Numbered from the stretch's first letter, positions 17,867-26,945 are shown. The stretch is 64,000 bases of DNA from Candidatus Latescibacterota bacterium (GCA_965204725.1 OZ242005.1:4000001-4064000), one strand, 5' to 3'. The notes: a model not told the origin generated them from the sequence alone. Numbers and translations: made by a program.

Positions 17867-19804
17867 TTAGTACACCAACGAAACAACTCGGCTGACGCGC
17901 TCCCTTCCCTTATCGGTCTCTACCGCTAGGCGCAGCACGTAAACTCCCGGCGGCAGTAGCAAGCCGCTGTCGTCGCGGCCGTCCCAAGCCACAGCAAAGC
18001 GGCCGCTTGAGTGAACCATTCGGTCTATGGCCCACAGTTTGCGGCCGCTCAAGTCGCACAAGTCAATGTACACCAGCACCGCGCCGGCCAGATTGAGCAA
18101 GTCGTATTCGAGGCGCACCGCGTCGTTGACGCCATCGCTGTTGGGCGTACAAATCGACGAGCCCAATTCCACCCGACCGATGGCCTCGCGGCCGACATCC
18201 GCTAGGACCACCTGCAACGTCGCGCCGTCGTTTTGCACATCTACATCCCCTGCGACCACCGACTGGGGCACCTCGTGGGGCCGAGTACTGTTGGAAACCC
18301 GTCCCGAAAAAACAGTGCCGTACTGGAATATCTGCGCCTTGAAGTCGATTTCAATGCGATCTAAGGTCCGCCGCACGTCAACGTGGGGAATCTGCACGAC
18401 AAAGCCCGACGGGTCCAGCCTGACCACGGCAAAAGCCTCGGCCCGCCCGTCAATGCGCACAGCATCTACGCTCACAGCGCGCCCGGGCGTGCCGATCTCC
18501 ACTCGGTCGAATCCCGGTTCATCGCCCTCAAATTGGGGCAGCAGCTTGTAGGTGAAAGACGTGGTCTGGCCGGGACGGGCCTGTGTCGGCTCAATCTCCG
18601 CAGCAATGTGTGTCGCCCACGGTTGGGAAGCGGCGAATTGCAGGTAACTTAGGCGTCCCCCGGCCTCGGGCCGCGAGTGAAAATCGGCCCGCACCTGAGC
18701 AAAACGCCGCGGGCGGTCCCCAATCGGATTCCCGGTCTCGGCAGCTAAGGAGATGGGGGCACTCCAATCGCTCCAGTTGCGGGTATCGTGGGTCGTGCCG
18801 GCGCGTTCCCCCGATTGCAGGGCCGCGTACGTCTCCCGCGTCAGGAGCTGGCCTTGGCGATCAAAAAGGGTCTTCTCGTCGCCGCGAAACGTGGCGCGCC
18901 AGTACAGGTTGGGATCGGGATCGTCACCCAACCGGGTCCGCACTTCAATGCTCGCTCCCAGAGGCTGGTCGCCGGCCCAGACCAAGGGGCCTAAGACGAA
19001 GGGCTGGCCTAGATCAATGATCGTGGATTCGTAGCGGGCAAAGGCACTAAAGCCGGTCCCGTACACTTCGATTTCGGCAATCTCCCAGAAACTGCGGATA
19101 TTGCGGCGCACCGCAAAAAAGAGCTGGCGCACCGATGGTTGGCGGAATTCCAAGTCAACTACGGCGTTTGTGTTTTCGCGGATATTGTGAATCGGGTCGA
19201 AGTCCAATTCCTCGGTGGCCTTGAGCTCCCGAGTCCCGTCCTTGGTGGGATCGCCATCGCTGACGCCGACGATGAAACTTTCCGCAAAACGCTCAAAGCG
19301 AAAGCGGTCCCTCGGGTAGAAGCGGATATTCTTGAGGGTGAAGCGCCCCCCCAGATCGAAAACCCAGTACTTGAAGGACCTGTACGACCTGTTTTCTCGG
19401 CGGTTGAAGATCCCGCTCCACGAGACCGACTCGTCTCCTTGGTACGCAGTCTCAATGTCGCCATCCCAAGCGGCCAACTCGCTGACGCCGGGCTCGATTA
19501 AGCCATCGTAGCCGCCAGTGGTGAGGATCAAACCACCGTTTTCGACGAGGGACGGGATGATATTGACAGAGGCCTCTAACTGCTTAGGCTCGATGTATTC
19601 CGCCTGCAATTGCAGGGATTGGGTTTGGCCTCTCGCGGTCCCGACAATTGCACTCCAAGGTATCTGCACAAATTCATAGGCCACGTCCAGCGCGGGCGGC
19701 GGTTGGTCCGCTCCACCAATGCGGTAAATGGTCAGCCCCTGCACGGGCGAGGACGGGCAAAGACCGAGTAGGAGTAGGAGCGGATACGATCTCGCCATTT
19801 TCAT
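17867..19804 (-). CDS. Secreted protein with discoidin-like domain and C-terminal T9SS-CTD/FlgD-Ig-like domain
   Basis: Signal peptide then LTIYRIGG, WEIAEIEVYG.GF, GDDPDPN.YWR.TFRGDE and TPNSDGVND...WDGRD..G..LPPG.Y. Paralogue of 51448-53373. Confidence 0.75.
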   Translation of the reverse strand: MKMARSYPLLLLLGLCPSSPVQGLTIYRIGGADQPPPALDVAYEFVQIPWSAIVGTARGQTQSLQLQAEYIEPKQLEASVNIIPSLVENGGLILTTGGYDGLIEPGVSELAAWDGDIETAYQGDESVSWSGIFNRRENRSYRSFKYWVFDLGGRFTLKNIRFYPRDRFRFERFAESFIVGVSDGDPTKDGTRELKATEELDFDPIHNIRENTNAVVDLEFRQPSVRQLFFAVRRNIRSFWEIAEIEVYGTGFSAFARYESTIIDLGQPFVLGPLVWAGDQPLGASIEVRTRLGDDPDPNLYWRATFRGDEKTLFDRQGQLLTRETYAALQSGERAGTTHDTRNWSDWSAPISLAAETGNPIGDRPRRFAQVRADFHSRPEAGGRLSYLQFAASQPWATHIAAEIEPTQARPGQTTSFTYKLLPQFEGDEPGFDRVEIGTPGRAVSVDAVRIDGRAEAFAVVRLDPSGFVVQIPHVDVRRTLDRIEIDFKAQIFQYGTVFSGRVSNSTRPHEVPQSVVAGDVDVQNDGATLQVVLADVGREAIGRVELGSSICTPNSDGVNDAVRLEYDLLNLAGAVLVYIDLCDLSGRKLWAIDRMVHSSGRFAVAWDGRDDSGLLLPPGVYVLRLAVETDKGRERVSRVVSLVY

Positions 19805-19871
19805 CTGGTTGCAGACCGCTTCTCAGGTTGAAGCGCACAATTAGCGCGGCGAGGTTTTGGCGGCGACCTAT

Positions 19872-21230
19872 TTAATACGGCGTGTGTTGGGTCGTGATGG
19901 GACACCAGCGGGCGGCGAACAAATAGTCGAACAAAACCTCGGTCGCCTCCGGCGTACCAATGCGTTCCAAGGTCTTGGCCGCCTTGGCACTGACGTAGCG
20001 GTTTGGATCGTCTAGGGCTGCCACCACCGCTGGCTGCACGGCCTCGGCAGCCGACCCCAGCCGCGCCAAGCCCAAGGCGGCATTGCGCCGCACCCATTCG
20101 TCGCCATCGCCCAAAACTCCGGCCAATTCCTCCAGCACCGCTGGGGGCAAGGTGCCCATGGCACCCAAGGCTTCGGCCGCGTGGCCCCGCACCTCGCCCG
20201 ACGCATCGCCCAGCGCCCGCTGCAATGCCGACATGGCTGGGGCACCGGCCCGACCCATATCGCCCAAACTATCGACCGCGGCTAGCCGCACGGCCGGATC
20301 GTCGTCAGCACAGGCTTGCGCTAGCGCCTCGACAGCGGCCGGGCCGGCCGCGGCCAAACCGTAGCCAGCATTGCGCCGCACAGGTTCCGGTCCTTGGCGC
20401 AAACAGTCGATGAGCGGCCCCACGGCGGGTTCCCCAGCGCAACCGAGGGCATAGGCCGCCGCTTGACTCGCCGCCTCGGAATCGCCCATCAGCACTTGCA
20501 TCAGCACCGACCGCTCGTCGGTATCCGCAGCAAAGCCCTCGGACTGGCCGCCGTACCATTCCCACATACTGTGCCAGATGGGGGCCTCGGCATGTCCATT
20601 CCCGGCCCAAGGCGCTCCGGTCGCGTTCCAACTAGGCCCGTCCGGTTCTTCGAGGCGGACAAAGAGGAACTTGACCATGTAGCGCGCCTGCTCGGTGCTG
20701 TTGGGCGTGGCTCGGTGCCACAAGTCGTAGTGGACAATGGCGACCGTCCCGGCCTCTCCCGCAAGCGCGATCTCTCGCTCGTCAGCTTTTTGGTCAAGGC
20801 GGTTGTGGTAGTGGCTGCCGGGGACAACGCCGGTGGGGCCGCGCTCGGCCGGCGTGTCCTGCGGATAGTAAAAGGCCATGGCCCAGCGCAGCCGGTGATG
20901 CCGCCGACTCCAGCTATCCTTGTGCAGCTTCTGCCCTTCCGAACCCGGCTTGTTGAAATGGCAGAAACGGTGCGGATGCAAATAGTACCCCGGCCCCAAG
21001 ATACTGGTTAGGGCACCCGCCACTTGGGGTTGGTCGAACACCTGCTGCAAGTCGGGGATGCGGGGCAATAGGTTGTTGCCCGGATTGCCCTCGGTGGCCA
21101 AGAGCGTCTCTATTTGCCGATAGATGGATTGGTGAAAATCCGCGGGCAAATCCGTTTTGACCACTGTATAACCATCGGCGATGAAAGACTGCATGCGGCG
21201 ATCGTCCAGCAAGATCGAGTTGGCAGGCAT
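19872..21230 (-). CDS. PhyH-family dioxygenase fused to HEAT repeats
   Basis: F.ADGY, LHKD, PGSH and HYDLWH, followed by repeats of the type L.D.D..VR..AA..LG. Confidence 0.85.
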   Translation of the reverse strand: MPANSILLDDRRMQSFIADGYTVVKTDLPADFHQSIYRQIETLLATEGNPGNNLLPRIPDLQQVFDQPQVAGALTSILGPGYYLHPHRFCHFNKPGSEGQKLHKDSWSRRHHRLRWAMAFYYPQDTPAERGPTGVVPGSHYHNRLDQKADEREIALAGEAGTVAIVHYDLWHRATPNSTEQARYMVKFLFVRLEEPDGPSWNATGAPWAGNGHAEAPIWHSMWEWYGGQSEGFAADTDERSVLMQVLMGDSEAASQAAAYALGCAGEPAVGPLIDCLRQGPEPVRRNAGYGLAAAGPAAVEALAQACADDDPAVRLAAVDSLGDMGRAGAPAMSALQRALGDASGEVRGHAAEALGAMGTLPPAVLEELAGVLGDGDEWVRRNAALGLARLGSAAEAVQPAVVAALDDPNRYVSAKAAKTLERIGTPEATEVLFDYLFAARWCPITTQHTPY

Positions 21231-21245
21231 AGCAAAGCTCCTCGT

Positions 21246-22088
21246 TTAGTGAGTGAGTGCCTCGCCCGGCATCCGGTTCCAAGGCACGGGCGCGGCGGTC
21301 CCCTCGTAGGTAGGCAGCAGATCGGCAACTCGTGCTCGTGCTTCGTCGTCCCAACCGACCCATTCGCGGGGGCGGGCGATGGCGGCGCGGAGGCCGTTGG
21401 AGAGCAGGTCGAAGTACGGGAAATACCACAGGGTAATGACGGTGCGACGCTGGGCCGACTTATTGGCGTGGGCCGAATGCAACAGCCGCGCGTCGCCGAT
21501 GACCACATCGCCGGCCGCCACCGGTACATCCACCTCTTCGGGAAGCGATTGATAGGCTGGATGGTCGGGGTCGGCTACGCGGCGAAGTTCGTCGGTGTGG
21601 GCGTTGGGCACTGCGTCGTGCATGCGATGACGCTTGAGATGCGAGCCGCGCAACAGGCGCAGGCAGCCGTTGTGGGGCGTGGTATCGACGAGGTAGTACA
21701 TCAGGAAAAGCTGCTGAGGCAAGGGTGTGTAACTCGAAGGATCGTCCCAGCCCCACCAGTCCTGATGCCAGAAAAGAGCCGGGCTGTTGGGCGGTTTGCT
21801 GATGACGTAGCCGGACATCCACCGAGGGCGCAGAAAGCCCAAGAGGTCGAGCGCGGCGCGGGCGGGCGGGTACGCGACGAGTTCGGCGAAGATGGGGTGG
21901 ACGCCGACATCAATCATGCTGCCGGTGGAGCGTTGTAGGGCGCGGTTTTCTCGGCTTTGGGCGTCGAGGAGTTGGTCGGTTACTTGGCGCAGCCGGTGGA
22001 GCATATCATCGCCGAGGACGTCTCCTACCAAGCAGTAGCCGTCGCGGATGAGCTGGTCAAAGTTTTCTTTGGGATCTTGTTGGGACAT
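21246..22088 (-). CDS. PhyH-family Fe(II)/2OG dioxygenase
   Basis: RDGY, WHQD, NGCL....GSH, GDV....RLLHSA..N.S...R. Confidence 0.9.
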   Translation of the reverse strand: MSQQDPKENFDQLIRDGYCLVGDVLGDDMLHRLRQVTDQLLDAQSRENRALQRSTGSMIDVGVHPIFAELVAYPPARAALDLLGFLRPRWMSGYVISKPPNSPALFWHQDWWGWDDPSSYTPLPQQLFLMYYLVDTTPHNGCLRLLRGSHLKRHRMHDAVPNAHTDELRRVADPDHPAYQSLPEEVDVPVAAGDVVIGDARLLHSAHANKSAQRRTVITLWYFPYFDLLSNGLRAAIARPREWVGWDDEARARVADLLPTYEGTAAPVPWNRMPGEALTH

Positions 22089-22132
22089 CGATGTTGTCTC
22101 CTCGTTTCACTTTGCCACACGCTTTATGGCTC

Positions 22133-22375
22133 CTATTGTGAGGGATTCTGTTGAAAGCGAGTTCGAGCATTGGGGAGCGTAATGCCAACAAGACGGCGGT
22201 CGCGATAGTGGTAGATATTCCCGTCCTCTTCCATCACGCTGTCATTGGCGCACTGAGGTTTTGCAAAACTGAGGTATAATACGTCAGCCCCTTCATCATA
22301 GTCGCTCCAAACTTGTGAATAGGGCAAGCGCAACAGCTCGGGGACAAATGTCAGGTCAATGGTTGACGCATCCAT
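22133..22375 (-). CDS. DUF2283-domain small protein
   Basis: YDE.ADVLY.SF...........LVGIT..NA pattern. AGGAG RBS upstream. Confidence 0.75.
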   Translation of the reverse strand: MDASTIDLTFVPELLRLPYSQVWSDYDEGADVLYLSFAKPQCANDSVMEEDGNIYHYRDRRLVGITLPNARTRFQQNPSQ

Positions 22376-22424
22376 ATCGCATCTCTCCTGCGAGTAATGC
22401 CAACAGACAGAAGCCCAAAGCGAA

Positions 22425-23099
22425 TTAAAAATGGAGCGTCAGTCTAGTCCCCAAACTTTTGTGAGAAACGACCGGATCGACACCAAGCGTAGCTCGGCTG
22501 CCGCCAAGCTCAATCAGATGTCCGTACGAAGGTTGCTGATTTTGCCGATTGATTCTATTGGCAGAGATCGGTGCGTCAATCATTGACCATAGAGAGCTGC
22601 CTAAGAAAAGCAAAACCCCAAAGACAGCTTTTCCATCATCATCATCATCAGGATCAGTATCAACCCGAACAACGGAAACATTGATCAAGACCTGGTTATC
22701 CGCTGTACCACTGAGCATAAATCCTAAACCTAGGATACTTCCGCCTAATTGAGCCACTCCCTTACTGTGCTGCCCATTGTAGAATTGTCCGCCCCCAGGG
22801 ATTAGAGCCGATAGGCCAAAAGCGAGCCAAGGATTTTTCTTTTCAGCCCCAATATGCCCTTGAATCCTCATCACAGGTTCCTTGGATATCTTGGCAATCT
22901 CGTCCATCGGATAGACGAACACACTCCCGTCTCGCGTCTGTATCTTCAGCGATTCGCCCGGAATCTGCTCAATGATAATTCCGCGAATGAGTCCGCCATT
23001 TTTTAAGTGAACTACATCTTCCATTTGCTGGATTTGCTGCGCGAGTGCTGGCGAGGTCATTAAAGCCGTCAGGCATGTGAGTAAAACAAAACGCGACAT
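22425..23099 (-). CDS. Hypothetical secreted/membrane protein (DUF5683/TM2-like segment)
   Basis: Signal peptide, DVVHLKNG..IRG.IIEQ.P N-domain and KNPWLAFGLSALIPGGGQFYNG. Low GC. AGGAG RBS. Confidence 0.65.
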   Translation of the reverse strand: MSRFVLLTCLTALMTSPALAQQIQQMEDVVHLKNGGLIRGIIIEQIPGESLKIQTRDGSVFVYPMDEIAKISKEPVMRIQGHIGAEKKNPWLAFGLSALIPGGGQFYNGQHSKGVAQLGGSILGLGFMLSGTADNQVLINVSVVRVDTDPDDDDDGKAVFGVLLFLGSSLWSMIDAPISANRINRQNQQPSYGHLIELGGSRATLGVDPVVSHKSLGTRLTLHF

Positions 23100-23146
23100 G
23101 ATTTTCTCCTATTGGGTTGCGGCTAATTTTCGTCAAGGTTTGGATT

Positions 23147-24004
23147 CTAACCGGCCAGCACCTCCCCTTGGCGCGAGCGTTCCTGCAAGTCGTAGAGCGA
23201 GGAAATGGCGTCCTTGTACAGCGGGATGGGAAAAGAGCGGTCCTCAAAGCGTGCGGCGAGCGGGATCCGGCCACGCACCAAGCGCGCATTCGCCTCGGTC
23301 TTGTACGTCATCTCGCCGGTGTAGATCGGGAAGGCATCGGCTGCACGGTAGCTGAGGATTAGGGTGCGCCGCGGCGTGTCGGAAACATTGGCGATGGAAG
23401 CATGAGGGGTCATCGCATGCATGAAGATGACCGTGCCCGCCGCGCCCGGAATCGGCACGGCCAGCGATTGATCGACCGCTTCGGTCACTCGGCCTTGAAA
23501 AAAGCCGTCGGTGCTGTGCGACAGCAGTTCGCTTTGATGGCGGCGGGGAATGACTTGCAGACAGCCGTTTTCAACGGTGGCGTCGTCGAGATAAAAGAGG
23601 ATGCTCACCGAGCCGCGATGGGTCAGCGGGTAGTAGGAAAGGTCTTGGTGCCACTCAACGGGCGATCCAACGCCGGCCGGTTTCATGTTGATCTTGCTGT
23701 AGTGGAAGACCAAGTCCGGGCCGAGCAGGGCCGCGACCGCGTCGAGCAGCCGCTCCGATTCGGAGAACGCCCGGAAAACCTCGTAGTGGCTACAAGGCTC
23801 GTACAGACGGCGCACCTGAGTCCCGTCGGGAGGCTGATTGGGCTCCATCTCCATGCGGGTGGCGTCGTGGTCGGCGAGCGTATTGCCGGCACTGGCCGCG
23901 TCCATCTCGCTCAGGAACGCCGCGATCTCCTCGGCACTGAGAAAGCTAGGGACAGCGACGTACCCTTCAGTGTGGTAGTGTTCAACTTGTGCGGGGGTCA
24001 ACAT
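23147..24004 (-). CDS. PhyH-family Fe(II)/2OG dioxygenase
   Basis: MLT..Q...Y..EGY, SKINMK, WHQD, ENGCL, H..TPHAS..N....RR. Confidence 0.9.
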   Translation of the reverse strand: MLTPAQVEHYHTEGYVAVPSFLSAEEIAAFLSEMDAASAGNTLADHDATRMEMEPNQPPDGTQVRRLYEPCSHYEVFRAFSESERLLDAVAALLGPDLVFHYSKINMKPAGVGSPVEWHQDLSYYPLTHRGSVSILFYLDDATVENGCLQVIPRRHQSELLSHSTDGFFQGRVTEAVDQSLAVPIPGAAGTVIFMHAMTPHASIANVSDTPRRTLILSYRAADAFPIYTGEMTYKTEANARLVRGRIPLAARFEDRSFPIPLYKDAISSLYDLQERSRQGEVLAG

Positions 24005-24016
24005 GTTGGTTCCTCC

Positions 24017-24747
24017 TTACCATTTCTCTATGGCACCCATGAGCATTTTTTGCTGGTCAGTGCCCGTGGCGCGAACCTTCTGCGCGAAAGGGCCGTCAAA
24101 AGGCTCGCGAGATTTCATCCAAGCGGTCTGGTAGCACATCAAGCAGACGCGGCGGCGCACGGACGAGCGATTGGCCGCGCCGCGATGATAGAGGCAGCCA
24201 TCGAACATCACCGCCTGACCCGGCCGGGCAAAAACCCACTTCTCTTCGGGGAAGCGCGGATGGCCGGCCGGCGGGCGGAAGGGGGCGCGATGGCTGCCGG
24301 GGACGATGACGATCGCGCCGTTGTCCGCGTCTAATTCGTCCAAGTAGTAGCCGCAGTTGATCTGGCCGGGCAACGCCCCGTATGGCGTACCATCGGGATC
24401 AACCGGCCAAGGCACATCGCGGTGCCAGTTTTGATCCTCCTGCCCCGGCGCGGTGACGCGAGCGGTAGCACTGTGGAGCTGGACGCAGGTGCCCAGAATG
24501 GCCTGCATCCTCGCCAACACGGGCGGGTTGTCGAGCAGGAAGGCGAAGGCTTCGTCCTCTTCGAGAAGCTGGTGGATAAACTGCTCCCCGGTCCCGCGCA
24601 CAAAGGCCGCATCGAGGGCCGCACGCAAGGTCTCGACCTGCCCCTCGCTGACGGCGTATAGCCCCACTTGCGGAAAAAGGCCACATCCTCGGCGATTTCG
24701 GGCGTCAGCTTGGGGTTGAGGTGCTGAGGGTAAGGCGGTTGCGCCAT
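24017..24747 (-). pseudogene. Frameshifted PhyH-family dioxygenase
   Basis: ATG 24747 gives MAQPP...FFRKWGY. The catalytic part (AVSEGQ..., WHRD, PGSH, LYHRG) continues in a different frame from ~24657. The span is 731 nt, not a multiple of 3. Confidence 0.7.
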
Positions 24748-24754
24748 GGTTTTC

Positions 24755-24893
24755 TCAGAACTCCTGTGTACATTGCGGTCGGGGTCCGTCCTCCCGCAAA
24801 AGAACGTCACCCCGTGCCCCGACACGGGGCGGGAATCCAGCCGGTATCGCTTAGCCCCAAAGGACGACCACCAGAGTTTGCAGACAGCTTCTA
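24755..24893. mobile_element. Degenerate TAGAAGC-family MITE-like element with nested REP cargo
   Basis: Right end ACCAGAGTTTGCAGACAGCTTCTA matches 40645-40667. Internal 49 bp (24792-24840) are identical to 26864-26912. Left end is eroded, so its boundary is approximate. Confidence 0.55.
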
Positions 24894-25017
24894 ACGACAA
24901 ATACATTGCACAGCAGGCCCTTTGTCAACGCAATGAGCATTGACCCTGCGCTATCCATGATGCTCATTACTTGGGTCAATGCCCGCACACAGCCCATTTA
25001 CCACAAAGGAGCGATCC

Positions 25018-26775
25018 ATGAGCCATCTAAATCCCCGCGCCATCGCCATTGACCAGCCCATGCCCCCGCCCGCTTGGGCGCTGCTCGAATGGGAATTGAT
25101 TCGGGCGCAGACGAGAGGATGCACGGAATTTTTCGCCAAGTACTTTGACGAGCGGGGATATTTGGAGTGCATTCCGCGCTGGGGTGGCAACGACGGGCCG
25201 GACGACGCCATCGAGAACCTAGTCCACTGGCCAGTGCTCTATGTGCTGGGAGGTGGGGGCCATCTGTACGATATGTGCCAGTTGGCTTGGGAGGGGCATC
25301 TCAAGCAATACACCGAGGCCAAGACCACGGAGGTGCCCTTTGCCCGAGACGGGATGTACTACCGCGAATTTCCGGTGATGTTCGACTGGGTCCACAACGG
25401 CGAGGGGCTGACGACGTTCAACCTACACGGGTTGATGAACCCACGCGAGCGGGCATTTGAGCAGCGAGTGCGGCGCTACGCCGGATTTTACATGGGACGC
25501 GACCCTCAGGCACCCAACTACGATCCCGAACACAAAATCATCAAGAGCCTGTTCAACGGCAGCCGCGGGCCGCTGCTGCGCCAAGCAACAGCACTCGACT
25601 GGGCCGGCGACCCGCTCGACGAGGTTGAAGAGCGCTTTATACCCCTGCACGGGGAGCGCACCTTCGAGGAGATGCTGGCCCACTTCAAAGACTACACCGA
25701 CATCGTCGGCGACCATCCGCAGAACATGGTGGCGACGGCATTAGGGCTGAACGCATACGCGCTGACGGGCGAGGCCCCGTACAAAGACTGGGTGCTCGAA
25801 TACGTCGAAGCGTGGCGGCAGCGGACGCTGGCCAACGACGGAATCATCCCCACCAATATCGGACTCGACGGGACCATCGGCGGCGAGTGCAACGGCAAGT
25901 GGTACGGGGGGTGTTACGGCTGGGCCTTTACGGTTGAGGTCCCCCAGACCGGCAAACTAGCCAGCCGCAACACGCACGGGCTGGGGATTTCGGGCTTTGG
26001 CAACGCGCTGTTGCTGTCGGGCGAGCAGAAATTCGTCGATGTGTGGCGGCTTATGATCGACAAGATCAACGCCAACGGGAAAGAAATCAACGGGCTTATG
26101 ATGTACCCGCAGATGTACGGAGACGAGGGCTGGTACGAATTTCGACCGGGCCGCTATGCCCAAGGAGCGCAAGAGGTGTACTACTGGTCAATGGACCGGG
26201 CCGATCTGAGCCGACTCGATACAGACAGCGGCTGGTTCGGCTTCTTGGAGGGACGCGACCCCACCTATCCAGAAGCGGCTCTACGGGCCGACTTTGCCCG
26301 CCTCCGCGAGCAGATGGACAAGGTGCGCCGGGATCCAACCACACCGGACACCCGGCTTTCGGACAATCCCAACCCATTCAACCCGGCCATTCCGGGCGGG
26401 CTAACCCAGCTCATGTTGGGCGGGCTGACGCCGCGTCACGGCTCGCCGCTGCACTGCCGGGTGCGCTACTTCGACCCGCAGGCCGGGCGATCGGGGATGC
26501 CCGAGGGGGTGGGGGCGTTGGTGGAGCGGCTAGGCGCGGACTCCATGACGCTGACGCTGGTAAATACAGACCCGGTGGCGGGGCGCGAGGTAATCGTGCA
26601 GGGCGGCGCCTATGCCGAGCACCAGTTTACGAGTGTGCGCGTGGGGGGAAAAGAAACCGCGATAGATGATTCGGCCTTTGCCGTGGAGCTAGCGCCGGGG
26701 GCCGGGGAGACTTTGGAGATTGGGATGCGGCGATATGCCAATGGGCCGACGTTTGCGTTCCCGTGGGATCGGTGA
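25018..26775 (+). CDS. Conserved hypothetical cytoplasmic protein, possibly an alpha/alpha-barrel enzyme
   Basis: Long ORF with host-like codon usage. ATG 25018 follows AAGGAG. Motifs RWGGNDGPDDA.EN, FDW.HNGEG, KWYGG.YGW and RVRYFD. Confidence 0.7.
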   Translation: MSHLNPRAIAIDQPMPPPAWALLEWELIRAQTRGCTEFFAKYFDERGYLECIPRWGGNDGPDDAIENLVHWPVLYVLGGGGHLYDMCQLAWEGHLKQYTEAKTTEVPFARDGMYYREFPVMFDWVHNGEGLTTFNLHGLMNPRERAFEQRVRRYAGFYMGRDPQAPNYDPEHKIIKSLFNGSRGPLLRQATALDWAGDPLDEVEERFIPLHGERTFEEMLAHFKDYTDIVGDHPQNMVATALGLNAYALTGEAPYKDWVLEYVEAWRQRTLANDGIIPTNIGLDGTIGGECNGKWYGGCYGWAFTVEVPQTGKLASRNTHGLGISGFGNALLLSGEQKFVDVWRLMIDKINANGKEINGLMMYPQMYGDEGWYEFRPGRYAQGAQEVYYWSMDRADLSRLDTDSGWFGFLEGRDPTYPEAALRADFARLREQMDKVRRDPTTPDTRLSDNPNPFNPAIPGGLTQLMLGGLTPRHGSPLHCRVRYFDPQAGRSGMPEGVGALVERLGADSMTLTLVNTDPVAGREVIVQGGAYAEHQFTSVRVGGKETAIDDSAFAVELAPGAGETLEIGMRRYANGPTFAFPWDR

Positions 26776-26793
26776 ACGCTACGTGGCTACTCA

Positions 26794-26937
26794 TATAGCA
26801 GTCCTAAATGACTCGAAAGCATGGAATGTCGATCGGCACCGTTTTTTGCATACAAAGCGTCATTCCCGCAAAAGAACGTCACCCCGTGCCCCGACACGGG
26901 GCGGGAATCCAGTCTTGAAGGGTGTAGGATTGCTATA
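26794..26937. mobile_element. MITE-like element, TATAGC family, complete
   Basis: TIRs TATAGCAGTCCTA / TAGGATTGCTATA (12 of 13 match), TA at both ends, nested REP cargo. Confidence 0.8.
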
Positions 26938-26945
26938 TCATAAGC

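Noticed and set aside
24640-24680. Programmed ribosomal frameshift or recoding in the split PhyH gene
   Set aside because: There is no slippery heptamer at the junction and residues appear to be missing, which favours a deletion.
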